Assembly (NCBI GenBank): GCA_934486735.1
Contig: CAKSQL010000005.1
Location: forward strand, 22,644-86,643
Direction: 5' to 3'
Length of the DNA: 64,000 nt
Origin: an uncultured Clostridia bacterium
GTDB lineage: Bacteria; Bacillota; Clostridia; UBA1381
Position numbers and translations under genes: made by a program
Part shown: positions 9,998-19,105 of the stretch, in pieces
How the letters are laid out: every line of letters begins with the position of its first letter
Position numbering within the stretch: the stretch's first letter is position 1
Notes under the pieces: model-generated
What the model was told of the DNA's origin: nothing
The model's input: the letters and a program-made list of their open reading frames with translations, nothing else
Databases searched by the model: none

Positions 9998-10288
9998 TCC
10001 TTTCTATGATGCAAAAAATTTTAAGTCTGATAGAATACTATTCGCAAGTAGCTGCTTTGCAGCGAGCGGATGCTCCCGAGTCCAAATTTTTAATTTGGCA
10101 ACGAGAGCCATGCAACAGCGTTCTAAATCTCTGATTTAGGTAACGCCACTGCTCTGTACATCGGTACTTCTCACTGCGGTTCGGTCACTGAACGGCTCTG
10201 ACAATTCACCGGATTGTCATTCACTCCCGTTCAGCCGCTTCGCTCCCCCGAACAAAAAGTAGTGCTATGGGCAATTTATTCAGACTTA
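9983..10288 (-). repeat. Structured ~300-nt repeat, copy 1 (5' leader + RBS of the SLH-protein gene; also overlaps the stop codon of the upstream gene)
   Basis: The 268-nt core 10021..10288 aligns with 45182..45449 with about 25 mismatches/indels by hand count. The termini are inverted (TTAAGTCTGA...TCAGACTTA). Nested hairpins are listed in the findings. A further identical 18-mer, GAAAGGAATGGTTATAAA (minus strand), precedes the ATG. Confidence 0.85.
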
Positions 10289-11935
10289 CGCTTCGCCGTC
10301 AGTTAAAATAGCGTATATTATTCTTGCTGCCTGTGCGCGGGTTGCATTTTCTTTGGGAGCAAATTCGTCATCGGTAAGTCCCGATACAACACCTGCCGCA
10401 CGCAGGGCGTACACTGCCTTTTTTGCATAATCGGAAATTTCGTCATCGTCCGCAAAAAGCTCCTGCGGAGTTTCGATTTCGATTATTTTTCCGGCTTTCA
10501 ATGCCGCATTGTATGCCATTGTGCAAAGGTCCTGGCGCGTAATCGGCATTCCGACTCCGAACAAATCGTCCGAAATTCCGTTCACTATTCCCTCGCCGAA
10601 TGCCTGCCGGATGAAAAACGCATACCATGCGTCCGACGGAACATCGGTGAATGAAATTTTTGCCTCGTCCGCGTCATATGCAAATGCCGATGTCACGATT
10701 TTTGCAAATTCTTCACGTTTTACATTTCGGTTCGGCTCAAATATTCCGTCGCCGACACCGCTTAATATTCCATTATCGGCAAGATACAAAATCGCGTCCT
10801 TTGCCCATTCTACGCCGTCTATATCGGAAAAGCTTGCCGACGGCAGAGCCTCACCCGACTTATCCTTTGCAATCGGAACACCCGATATAATACTGTTGAT
10901 TCCCTTGTTTGTGCTGCCCGAGCCGTTGGATTTTCCGCCGCCTCCGCCACCGCCGCCGGTGGTTGTTCCTGCCGAAAGAGCCGCTTTATATGCATTTTTC
11001 AAAGCAGGCAAGTCGGCGCAGTTTTCTCCGGCAAGCTTTGTCCATGTGCCGGCTTTCGCGCTCGATATGTTTATTCCGATTCTCTCGGCAAACGCTGTCA
11101 TTATATCCTCTATGTTTCCGCTGCCGTTGGGATATCTGACCGTTGACAGGATAAACGAATCGGTCAAAAGCTCCTCATACGCGGCATAGCTTGCAATTGC
11201 TTTTCCGCTGATTCTCTGATTTACGTCCTTTTTCAAATCCTCTGTCACATATTCCTTTGTGTACCAGTCTTTAAGCGCACCGTTGTCAAGTCCGGTCAGG
11301 TCGCTGCTCTCGGCAAATATGTCCGCGATTTTGCCCTCGTTGAGTCTTTCGACAAACAGTGCCTTGTGAACCACAACCAAAAGCTCGCTTCGCTTATTTT
11401 CGTCAAAGGTGCTTGTCTTTATCGTCTCATGCAAAACCGCGGCAAGCTTTCCGGTGTCGATTTCGGCAATGTCCTCCTTGGTAAGTCCGATTGTATATGT
11501 CTCGTTTTCGATATATTCCTTAAGCTTTGAAACATCATCAGTCTTTATTGTCGCCGCAATCTTTTTGTAGTCCTCCAGGCTTACGAAAATCAGATTTTCC
11601 TTAGGCAGGTCGGTCTTATCGGTTGCCAAAAAGACAGTGTATTCGCCGCTTTTTCCGTTGATGTCGAATGTAAAGCTGTAATTTCCGTCCGCATCGGTCA
11701 CGCTTTGGTCGTGGCACACCAGGATATCCGTATACTTATCCTTGGTAAGTCCTTCCAAATCTGCCGCCGTCTTATCGCCGAGGTAAACCTCAATTGCTAT
11801 CGGCGCATTTTTCTCGTCCGTCTTTCCGCTCACCGAGACGGTCTGTCCGTCGCCAACCTGCACCGCCTCGCCGAATACGGCTGTCGGCACGCACAGCGCC
11901 GCAAGCAAACAGATTGTTGTCAGTTTTTTCTTCAT
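10286..11935 (-). CDS. SLH-domain wall-anchored protein, 549 aa (N-terminal prealbumin/Ig-like module, helical middle, poly-Gly linker, C-terminal SLH triplet)
   Basis: Signal peptide MKKKLTTICLLAALCVPTAVFGEA and linker TTGGGGGGGGKSNGSGS. The three SLH repeats are FSDIDGVEWAKDAILYLADNGILSG, FTDVPSDAWYAFFIRQAFGEGIVNG and ISDYAKKAVYALRAAGVVSG. Confidence 0.75.
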   Translation of the reverse strand: MKKKLTTICLLAALCVPTAVFGEAVQVGDGQTVSVSGKTDEKNAPIAIEVYLGDKTAADLEGLTKDKYTDILVCHDQSVTDADGNYSFTFDINGKSGEYTVFLATDKTDLPKENLIFVSLEDYKKIAATIKTDDVSKLKEYIENETYTIGLTKEDIAEIDTGKLAAVLHETIKTSTFDENKRSELLVVVHKALFVERLNEGKIADIFAESSDLTGLDNGALKDWYTKEYVTEDLKKDVNQRISGKAIASYAAYEELLTDSFILSTVRYPNGSGNIEDIMTAFAERIGINISSAKAGTWTKLAGENCADLPALKNAYKAALSAGTTTGGGGGGGGKSNGSGSTNKGINSIISGVPIAKDKSGEALPSASFSDIDGVEWAKDAILYLADNGILSGVGDGIFEPNRNVKREEFAKIVTSAFAYDADEAKISFTDVPSDAWYAFFIRQAFGEGIVNGISDDLFGVGMPITRQDLCTMAYNAALKAGKIIEIETPQELFADDDEISDYAKKAVYALRAAGVVSGLTDDEFAPKENATRAQAARIIYAILTDGEA

Positions 11936-11977
11936 TTATGATTTCTCCTTTCTGTCCATGCCCAACTTTATTTTATC

Positions 11978-14900
11978 CTATTTTCCTCTATTTTGCAACA
12001 CTTTTGACGGCGCAATGCTTTTCATTGACGAAAAATCGTCCCAAAGCATCATTTTGTATCGGTCTGCGCCTGCCTGCACAAGAGCCGTCTCGGTGTTTCC
12101 GTCCGAATCCAAATCCTTAATATATGCATTGCCAAGCGCATCTCCGGCATATGCCGCAATGACAAATTTGCCATTCAGCTTAAGGCTGTGCGCCTTGAAT
12201 ACAATCTCGTCTCCGTCCTTCACATTGCCGAGGGTATTTATCTCAATGCCGTTATGCTCCGCCGTCATTCTGTCCCCGGAAAAGGTGACATACATCGGCT
12301 TGCCCGACGCCGCGACCGTTATGCCGCTTCCGCTTGTCTCCGCCGTCACATTTCCGTACATATCACGAACGGTTATAAGTCCCGTACCGCCGTTTTGCAC
12401 TGTGATATCCGCGCTCGCGTCGGTCGTCCAGACAACAGCAGTTTTTTCCGATTCATTTTCGAACCATGCGATATATTTGCTGCCATCGGCAATCAGCTCC
12501 GTTCCCTCCTTGTCCGCGGTCATCTTGTTCCACTGTGCCGCCGCCAAAAAGGTCGGCTTTGCCGAATAGGCTGTATTGCTGTACCAAAATTCATTGTTCC
12601 AGTTCCGTATCATCCCGTAGCAGTCCTCAGCATCACTTGTGTCATAGCCATGGTCCACGCTGTCATAGAAAAATGTTCTGTCGTTGTAGTGATTTGTGTC
12701 GTTCAGCGCCAGCATGCGCACGTGGTACGATCCCCTGGTCTCGTTTATTCCGTAGCTCGCCCAGCCGACCTCTGTCGCCCAGGAAAGCTTATTCTCCGCG
12801 CCGTATTGGTTCAAAAGCTGCTTTGCGAGCATTGCCTGCTCCGGCCATGAATTATATTCTATCCACCTGTCCTTTACCTCGGGCGGCTGTGCCACGTGAT
12901 AGGGATGCGTTGCAAATATGTCAAAGCAAAATCCGTTTTCCTGCATTTCTCCGAGCATGCCCGTTGCAACCTGGCGCTGATTTCTGTTGGTATCGGTGTA
13001 CACAATCGCCGTCCCGGCTGTCGATACAAGATTATTTCCGTCAACCGCCTTTATCGCGTTATAGCCTGCCCGGACAATTTTTGCATAATCCGCGCCCGAG
13101 TCGGGAGTTCCGTCGGTTTTCTTCATATAATTAACCTCGTTACCGAGCTCATAGTGCGTCACTCTGCCTTTGAAGTAATTCGCGACAAGCGTGCAATAAT
13201 CGGCATATCGGCTCAAAAAGTCCTCATCTGTGTTAAAGCCGCCGTCCGAGTCCTTTGTTCCGTCCGAAATCGGCAGAAGTGCAAGAACGTCTATCCCGTA
13301 CTTTGCCGCCTCGTCCACCGCCTTGTCAAAGCTTGCAAGTGAGCTTGTGCTGTCCGCCCAGGTGAAATCGATTCTCAGCCCGCTGAAGCCTGCCTTTGCC
13401 AAAAGCTCCATATTTTTCGGAATATCTATCGGATAGCGCAGCATGTGCGTGCACGTGCCGAGCCTTTGATTGAGCATTGGCGATTCCACGCTTTTTGAAA
13501 GCTGCATAGACGCTTTTGCCCCGTACTCCGATTCAACCTCTGCGGTGTACACTCCGAAACCGAGTCCGCTGACGCAAATTTTTCTTTCTTTTGTCTCGCC
13601 CGAGTTTGTTTTTATAAGTATATTCTCCGAAAAAACCGTCTCGCCTGCCGCATTTTTGACAGTTATCTTCGGATTATCATCGATTAAAATCGTGCCGACA
13701 TTTCGCTCTTCAAGCGTAATTTCTACCGTCTCGTCCTCAAAAAAGATATTTCCCAAATTATCGCTCGAAAGCCGATATTCGACAGGCTGCTGATATTCTC
13801 TTTCAATTTTCAGTTCGTCAAAGTATTCGTTAATCATCGAAAGATGCATGTCCACATTCTCCAATTTGAAGTCTTTCGGCATGCTTTTTTCGCTCAAAAG
13901 CTCATTATTCACATATGTATATGCCTTTTGAACATCAAAATCATATACAAGCTCGATGTGATATAACACATTTTTTTCAAACGGGGTCTTTGCGCTTGTG
14001 TCGCCCCAGCCCCAAAGATCTCGATTGGGTCCGTAGAATCCGTCGCTCGTCATATAAAACACAAATTTTCCGCCGAGTTTTATATAAGAATATTGCGGAT
14101 TGTCAATGCTCATGCGCATTGTGTCAAAGCTGACTCTGACCCTGCCGCTGTCTGCCGGATTTTTTAAGGTGTACTTCACAGCCCCGGGATTTGCCCATGC
14201 TGATTCGTTCATGCCCCATCCGGCATTGCCTTGGTACATCACCGAGTGAACATTCCCCGAATACGAAATACTCCCGTTTTCGTCCGATGCCGATTTTCTG
14301 TCCGCCGCCCCGTTGTCAAAGCTGTTTTGATAAATCGTCTTTTTCACACTCGCTCCGCCCGGCATATACGAAATTCTCAGATTATCGAAATATGAAAACT
14401 GACCGCCGAGAGCTATCTCAAAATCCTCTATCGGAAAGGCAGCAAGATTGGTCTGCGTTTTCACAAGCGTTCCGTCAAGGTAGTGCAGCAATTTGCCGTT
14501 GTCATAGTCGAATGTCCAGACTATTGTGTGCAGACCGCCGTCCATATAAACCGCCGACGCACTATCGTCCCAGTCCCCCACCTGTTTCATGGGGATATAT
14601 TTTATCCTCTCGCCGTCAACCGCTCTGAAATATGCAATTCTCCGTCCGATCCAGTTTTGCTGCATCTTCATGCCGAAGCTGTGATTGTCGCCGGTGTGCG
14701 ATTTCAAAATGCTTGCGTCCGCCGGCTTGAAATCGAACGAAACCGTTAAAACTCCGCTCGATATCTCATTTTTAAAATCAGCGCGTATGCTCGGCTGATT
14801 CGCCCACGCATTGGGATTTATATAGGTAAGACCGTTGTTCCCGTCGAGCTGCGCGGTTTTCATTAAATTTTTTGCCGGAACTGTCAGCGAGAGATTTTCA

Positions 14901-15058
14901 TCCTCAAAATCCACCGCACTGTCAATCCCTAAATCAAAAGTATTTTCATAGCAGAAAGCTTCTGCCGCTGCGGCATCCTCCGCCGACACAGGCGATAAGC
15001 CTGTGCCGGAGATTAGGAACGCCGCCGAAAAAAGTAAACTGATTATTCTTTTCAGCAT
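11978..15058 (-). CDS. Secreted multidomain putative glycoside hydrolase (2 lectin-like modules + Ig-like + clan GH-A-like TIM barrel + C-terminal beta modules), 1026 aa
   Basis: Signal peptide ...GLSPVSAED. The two ~200-aa modules are described in the findings. The TIM-barrel signatures are LGTCTHMLRYP, HYELGNEVNY and LSWATEVGW. It is a paralogue of 3600..7256. Confidence 0.65.
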   Translation of the reverse strand: MLKRIISLLFSAAFLISGTGLSPVSAEDAAAAEAFCYENTFDLGIDSAVDFEDENLSLTVPAKNLMKTAQLDGNNGLTYINPNAWANQPSIRADFKNEISSGVLTVSFDFKPADASILKSHTGDNHSFGMKMQQNWIGRRIAYFRAVDGERIKYIPMKQVGDWDDSASAVYMDGGLHTIVWTFDYDNGKLLHYLDGTLVKTQTNLAAFPIEDFEIALGGQFSYFDNLRISYMPGGASVKKTIYQNSFDNGAADRKSASDENGSISYSGNVHSVMYQGNAGWGMNESAWANPGAVKYTLKNPADSGRVRVSFDTMRMSIDNPQYSYIKLGGKFVFYMTSDGFYGPNRDLWGWGDTSAKTPFEKNVLYHIELVYDFDVQKAYTYVNNELLSEKSMPKDFKLENVDMHLSMINEYFDELKIEREYQQPVEYRLSSDNLGNIFFEDETVEITLEERNVGTILIDDNPKITVKNAAGETVFSENILIKTNSGETKERKICVSGLGFGVYTAEVESEYGAKASMQLSKSVESPMLNQRLGTCTHMLRYPIDIPKNMELLAKAGFSGLRIDFTWADSTSSLASFDKAVDEAAKYGIDVLALLPISDGTKDSDGGFNTDEDFLSRYADYCTLVANYFKGRVTHYELGNEVNYMKKTDGTPDSGADYAKIVRAGYNAIKAVDGNNLVSTAGTAIVYTDTNRNQRQVATGMLGEMQENGFCFDIFATHPYHVAQPPEVKDRWIEYNSWPEQAMLAKQLLNQYGAENKLSWATEVGWASYGINETRGSYHVRMLALNDTNHYNDRTFFYDSVDHGYDTSDAEDCYGMIRNWNNEFWYSNTAYSAKPTFLAAAQWNKMTADKEGTELIADGSKYIAWFENESEKTAVVWTTDASADITVQNGGTGLITVRDMYGNVTAETSGSGITVAASGKPMYVTFSGDRMTAEHNGIEINTLGNVKDGDEIVFKAHSLKLNGKFVIAAYAGDALGNAYIKDLDSDGNTETALVQAGADRYKMMLWDDFSSMKSIAPSKVLQNRGK

Positions 15059-15080
15059 ATCATTTTCCTTTCGGATGCTT

Positions 15081-17222
15081 TTACTTTATGATATTTCCCA
15101 CATTAATCATAGGCGACATGTTATCCCATACGAATATCGAAATTTCGCCTGTCAGCTCGCTTATGTCGAGCGATACCTCGCCGCTTTCGCCTGACGGGAT
15201 TGCCTTGTCGGCTGCCGCCGCCTTAACGCCGGTTAAGGTTGTGCCCTCGTATGTTGCCGCAAAAATTGTCGGAGTTACGGCCGCATTGGAGGAATTTGTC
15301 ACCTTTGCGATAACCTTGCCGTCCTCGATTCTGATCGGCTTTACATACGATGCTGCCGAAGCCTTGTTGAGTTCGTCAACCAATGCGTATCCCGATATGC
15401 TCTTGATTGCGCCGAGCGTTACCTCGTATGTCTCGTCCGCGCCGACCGCCTCGGGAAGAGCTATCTCGATTTTTCTGCCGAAGTCAGCCGCTCTTACCTC
15501 TGTCGGAGCGATGCTTTCGCCGTTCTTTGTTACCGATACTTTATCTGCCGAAAGGGTTGTCGAATCTATTCTCTCGGACGGAACAACGCTCAGAACGGTG
15601 TCGCCGACAGCCGGAGCTTCAAGCTTTCCTGCCGTAAACGATGTTTCGTTCATGTATGCAACCTTTAAGTTGTCAAAGTATGCAAAGGTTCCGCCAAAGG
15701 TTACCTCAAAATCTTTTGTCGGGAAATACTGTGCGTCAAAATCCGTATATGTCTTTACAAGCGCACCGTCAAGATAGCATCGTGACTGTCTTGTTGTATA
15801 GTCCATTACAAATTCAATTGAATGTACCGATTGGTCAAGAGTTACCGCATTGGCATTGTCGTCCCACTCACCAAAGGTCTTCATCGGGAGATAAATCATT
15901 CCGTTTGAGGTCGGTCTCAGATATGCAACTCTCTTACCGTCCCAGTTATTAGCCATACCCAGTCCGAAGCTGTTGTTATCTCCGCCGTGCTTTGCGCATA
16001 CCTCGTCGGTTTCCGGCTTAAAGTCAAACGAAACTGTATAAATTCCGCTTGTTATCGGAGCTTTAGGTACAAACTTAAAGCTTACATCTCTTGCATATGC
16101 TTCTGTGTTATATTTGATACCCTTGTTTCCGTCAACCTCTGCAGTCAGTGTCGGCTTAGGCTCTTTAGGCTGAGTTGTAACGGTTATCTCGTCACTTTCA
16201 AAATCCGTATAATCGGCAACACCGTTGTCAAAGGTGTTATAGTACAAAATGTTTTTGTTTTGAGCAATTTGCATTTTTACGGAATCTGCCTTTAATGCAG
16301 TGCCGAAAAAGCCGCTTATTCCGTCTGTCGAGAGCGTTATATCCTCGTTTTCGCCGACTAAGGTGTCAAAATACACTCTTGCCGATACGTTGCCGTCCCA
16401 AACCGTCTTTGAGATTGCCTTATCCGAGCATACGAAGCTGCCGCGCGTTACCGGAGTTGAGAATGTCACATCGGCGTAGTTTGTGCCTACATATGCCTTC
16501 GCGGTCATAACCGGGGTCTCGCCCTCAATTTTTACGAACTGAATGTTGTCGACATAATCGATTGTTCCGTTAAGGCTGAAATTGAAGTTGTTCATTGCAG
16601 CGATGTTCGATGCCGATTTGATAAGCTGTCCGTCCATATATGTTTTTGCTGTCTTATCGGAATAATCAAACACGTAATCAAAATGATAAACCTTATCCGG
16701 ATCCATAGGATGTGATGCATCCCAACCGTTTACGCCGTATCCGAGTACCGGAGTGCTTGCGCCCTCCGGGGTCATCTTTTTGAAATAGGTCATTGCTTTG
16801 CCGCTCCAATCCGAACTAAAGTTATAACCTACCCACGCATCATCGCCATGTGCCGCAACATCTGCATCCGGACTCATATCAAATGATACAAGATATTTTC
16901 CCTCCGATATAGCTGTTTTTGGAGTAAATAGAAGTGTTTGTCCGTCAAGCCATGCTGCCTTGCGTACTCTTACACCAACATTTCCGTCCACAGTAACGGT
17001 TTGATCCGGTTTAGCACCACTCGTTCCGTCAGCCTTTACCCCAAGCCGTAAAGTGAGATAATCGTTATCAACAGCTACGGCATCAGCTACACCGTTGTCG
17101 AATGTGTTCCGATACCAAACGGCATCTTTAAGCTCGGTCTCCTCAGCCGATACGGGCAGTATCGGAGAAATCATTGCTGCCGCCGCAAAAAATGCGAGCA
17201 ATTTTTTCAGATTTTTTTTCAT
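15081..17222 (-). CDS. Secreted protein with two lectin-like modules and Ig-like modules, 713 aa; no catalytic domain recognised
   Basis: Signal peptide ...ILPVSAEE. The two modules (aa 33-232 and 324-524) carry YxNTFDNG...VDGN.G...SFD...Y.DG...DN(I/L). The C-terminal module ends in ISIFVWDNMSPM. Confidence 0.6.
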   Translation of the reverse strand: MKKNLKKLLAFFAAAAMISPILPVSAEETELKDAVWYRNTFDNGVADAVAVDNDYLTLRLGVKADGTSGAKPDQTVTVDGNVGVRVRKAAWLDGQTLLFTPKTAISEGKYLVSFDMSPDADVAAHGDDAWVGYNFSSDWSGKAMTYFKKMTPEGASTPVLGYGVNGWDASHPMDPDKVYHFDYVFDYSDKTAKTYMDGQLIKSASNIAAMNNFNFSLNGTIDYVDNIQFVKIEGETPVMTAKAYVGTNYADVTFSTPVTRGSFVCSDKAISKTVWDGNVSARVYFDTLVGENEDITLSTDGISGFFGTALKADSVKMQIAQNKNILYYNTFDNGVADYTDFESDEITVTTQPKEPKPTLTAEVDGNKGIKYNTEAYARDVSFKFVPKAPITSGIYTVSFDFKPETDEVCAKHGGDNNSFGLGMANNWDGKRVAYLRPTSNGMIYLPMKTFGEWDDNANAVTLDQSVHSIEFVMDYTTRQSRCYLDGALVKTYTDFDAQYFPTKDFEVTFGGTFAYFDNLKVAYMNETSFTAGKLEAPAVGDTVLSVVPSERIDSTTLSADKVSVTKNGESIAPTEVRAADFGRKIEIALPEAVGADETYEVTLGAIKSISGYALVDELNKASAASYVKPIRIEDGKVIAKVTNSSNAAVTPTIFAATYEGTTLTGVKAAAADKAIPSGESGEVSLDISELTGEISIFVWDNMSPMINVGNIIK

Positions 17223-17337
17223 TTCACAAAACCTCCGTCTAATTTAGAATTTTGTGGGCGATTGCAAAGCCGGTCCTTTTCAATCACCCGATTTTTGATA
17301 TTTTTACACCATTTTTCAAAATGGTCGTAAACGAAAT

Positions 17338-18954
17338 TTATTTGATTGTGCTTTCGGCACGAATCGGATTTATTATGCCAAGACCTTTCCAAAGGAAGGT
17401 TTTAAGCATCAATTCCTCGTTGTCCGCAACTGTGAATGTGAGCGTGGTTTCTGCCTTTCTTCCGCTTTCCGCGTCAAAGGACGCAACCGCGAAATCATAG
17501 CCTGTCATTGCAATTTTGTTCCACATTGAACCGGACACCAGTGCGGACGCCGCGTCTTTATATGTGGAAACGAGCGATGTTTTCACTGTGATTGTGTCGC
17601 CCGCAGCAGCTTCGTCAAGAGTTCCCACTCTCTGCTCGCCGATGAAATATTTCTCCTCGGTGATTAGAATTTTGCCCTCAGCGGTTTCGAATTTTATATC
17701 ATACGCACGCGCAAGGCTTTCACCCTGCGGAATCGAGAGCGTGTATTCGCTGTCGCCCAAAAGCGTTCCGTCGATATTAAGCTCGGCTATGTTCCCGTTA
17801 TAGCTCGGCGAAAATGCAACGTCGTTTCCGTCCGAGTCCTTTAAAGTCACGCCTGCCGTGGCTATCTCTGCCGATATCGATGCCGGGAAAGTGAGAATAA
17901 TCCTGTTGGTCTCGGATGGGTTTTTGTCGGTCAGCGGTCTTTCCTCCCTTGTCATGTCGGAAAGTCTGAGACCTGTCAGATAGTTTCCCTCGCCGACGTT
18001 GAAGTTGATTGTCGTCTCCTTCGCAGCCGATGCCGAATAACCTTTTATACCTGCCGGCAGCTTAAGTTCGTACTCGCAGCCTTCTTCAAAATTCTCCTCC
18101 GGCGCTATTTTGAGAACCTTTGATTTTGAAATCTCCGTCTTGCACAAAAATTCCTTGCCGGTGAAAAGATTTTTCACAATGATATCCTTACTCGGAAGCG
18201 ACTCCGGGTCGATTCCGTCCGAGTATCTGATATACGCGCCGCCTGTCTCGGCGGAATCGAGCGACGGTATCATGTCCATGCTGTTCAAATGCTCAAAAAC
18301 AAAATTGTCAAAGTAGTCTATCATGCCGCTCGGCGCCATAGAGAAGTTTGTCATCTGACCGAGATTTGTCTGCTTTACGCTTAGCATTTCACCATCTATG
18401 TAATAGTAAACAGTTCCGCTGTCGTAGTCAAAAATCACTTCTATATTGTAGACCTTTGCAGGGTCAAGCTCCATTGTCGCCGCTCCGGGGTATGCTCCGA
18501 CTGTCGAACAAACACTGATGCTGCCCGGTGTGTCCGTTGTTCCGGAATGAATGTAGAACATTCTTCCTCCGTCCCAGTTGTTTACCATATTTATTCCGAA
18601 AATTGCGTTGTCGCCCGAGTGGCTTGCCCTGTTGGTGTCCACGCTGAAATCGAACGAGACTCTGACCTTGCCTTTGTTTATACCGCCGTTTTTCAAGGTG
18701 AACTTTGTCTGACCCTCGCCCCATGCTTGGGGATTTGAACGCACTCCCACATTCCCGTTTACAGTAACCGAGTTTTGAAACCGTCCGCCGCCGTTAAAAG
18801 TGAATGTGTAGTAGTCGTTGTCGACCTCAACCAGGTCCTTTATGCCATTATCGAATGTGTTTTCGTAGCGGAAATTGACATCCTCCGCCGCTGCCGAAAA
18901 AATCGATAACCCTGCTGCCATTGCCGCAATCGCGGCGATTCTTTGCCATTTCAT
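17338..18954 (-). CDS. Secreted protein with one lectin-like module and Ig-like modules, 538 aa
   Basis: Signal peptide ...SIFSAAAED. The module at aa 25-223 reads RYENTFDNG...VNGNVGV...VSFDFS...YIDGEML...IDYFDNFVFEH. The C-terminal module ends in LKTFLWKGLGIINPI. Confidence 0.6.
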   Translation of the reverse strand: MKWQRIAAIAAMAAGLSIFSAAAEDVNFRYENTFDNGIKDLVEVDNDYYTFTFNGGGRFQNSVTVNGNVGVRSNPQAWGEGQTKFTLKNGGINKGKVRVSFDFSVDTNRASHSGDNAIFGINMVNNWDGGRMFYIHSGTTDTPGSISVCSTVGAYPGAATMELDPAKVYNIEVIFDYDSGTVYYYIDGEMLSVKQTNLGQMTNFSMAPSGMIDYFDNFVFEHLNSMDMIPSLDSAETGGAYIRYSDGIDPESLPSKDIIVKNLFTGKEFLCKTEISKSKVLKIAPEENFEEGCEYELKLPAGIKGYSASAAKETTINFNVGEGNYLTGLRLSDMTREERPLTDKNPSETNRIILTFPASISAEIATAGVTLKDSDGNDVAFSPSYNGNIAELNIDGTLLGDSEYTLSIPQGESLARAYDIKFETAEGKILITEEKYFIGEQRVGTLDEAAAGDTITVKTSLVSTYKDAASALVSGSMWNKIAMTGYDFAVASFDAESGRKAETTLTFTVADNEELMLKTFLWKGLGIINPIRAESTIK

Positions 18955-19105
18955 TTTTTGTATCCTCTCCTTCTTGTTATAATTTGTAATTAAATCTTTG
19001 ATGTGCCTAATGTGATAATGCGCCGTTTAAAATTTCGATGGTCTGCACGGCACTTCCTCAGCATTTGCAAGAGGTAAGATGCGCAGCTTATTTTTCGTCA
19101 GAGTC

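Noticed and set aside
10140-10165. A B12-box-like GCCACTG, plus a nearby GGTGAA on the opposite strand, inside the structured repeat. I considered a cobalamin riboswitch or T-box.
   Set aside because: The GCCACTG is on the strand antisense to both downstream genes. The other conserved cobalamin-riboswitch elements and the T-box 14-mer are absent. The two regulated genes have nothing to do with B12 or amino acids.
10930-10965. A GC-rich run (GGC/GGT/GGA codons) that might be a slippage-prone phase-variation tract.
   Set aside because: It is not a homopolymer or perfect short tandem repeat. It encodes a Gly8 interdomain linker in frame.
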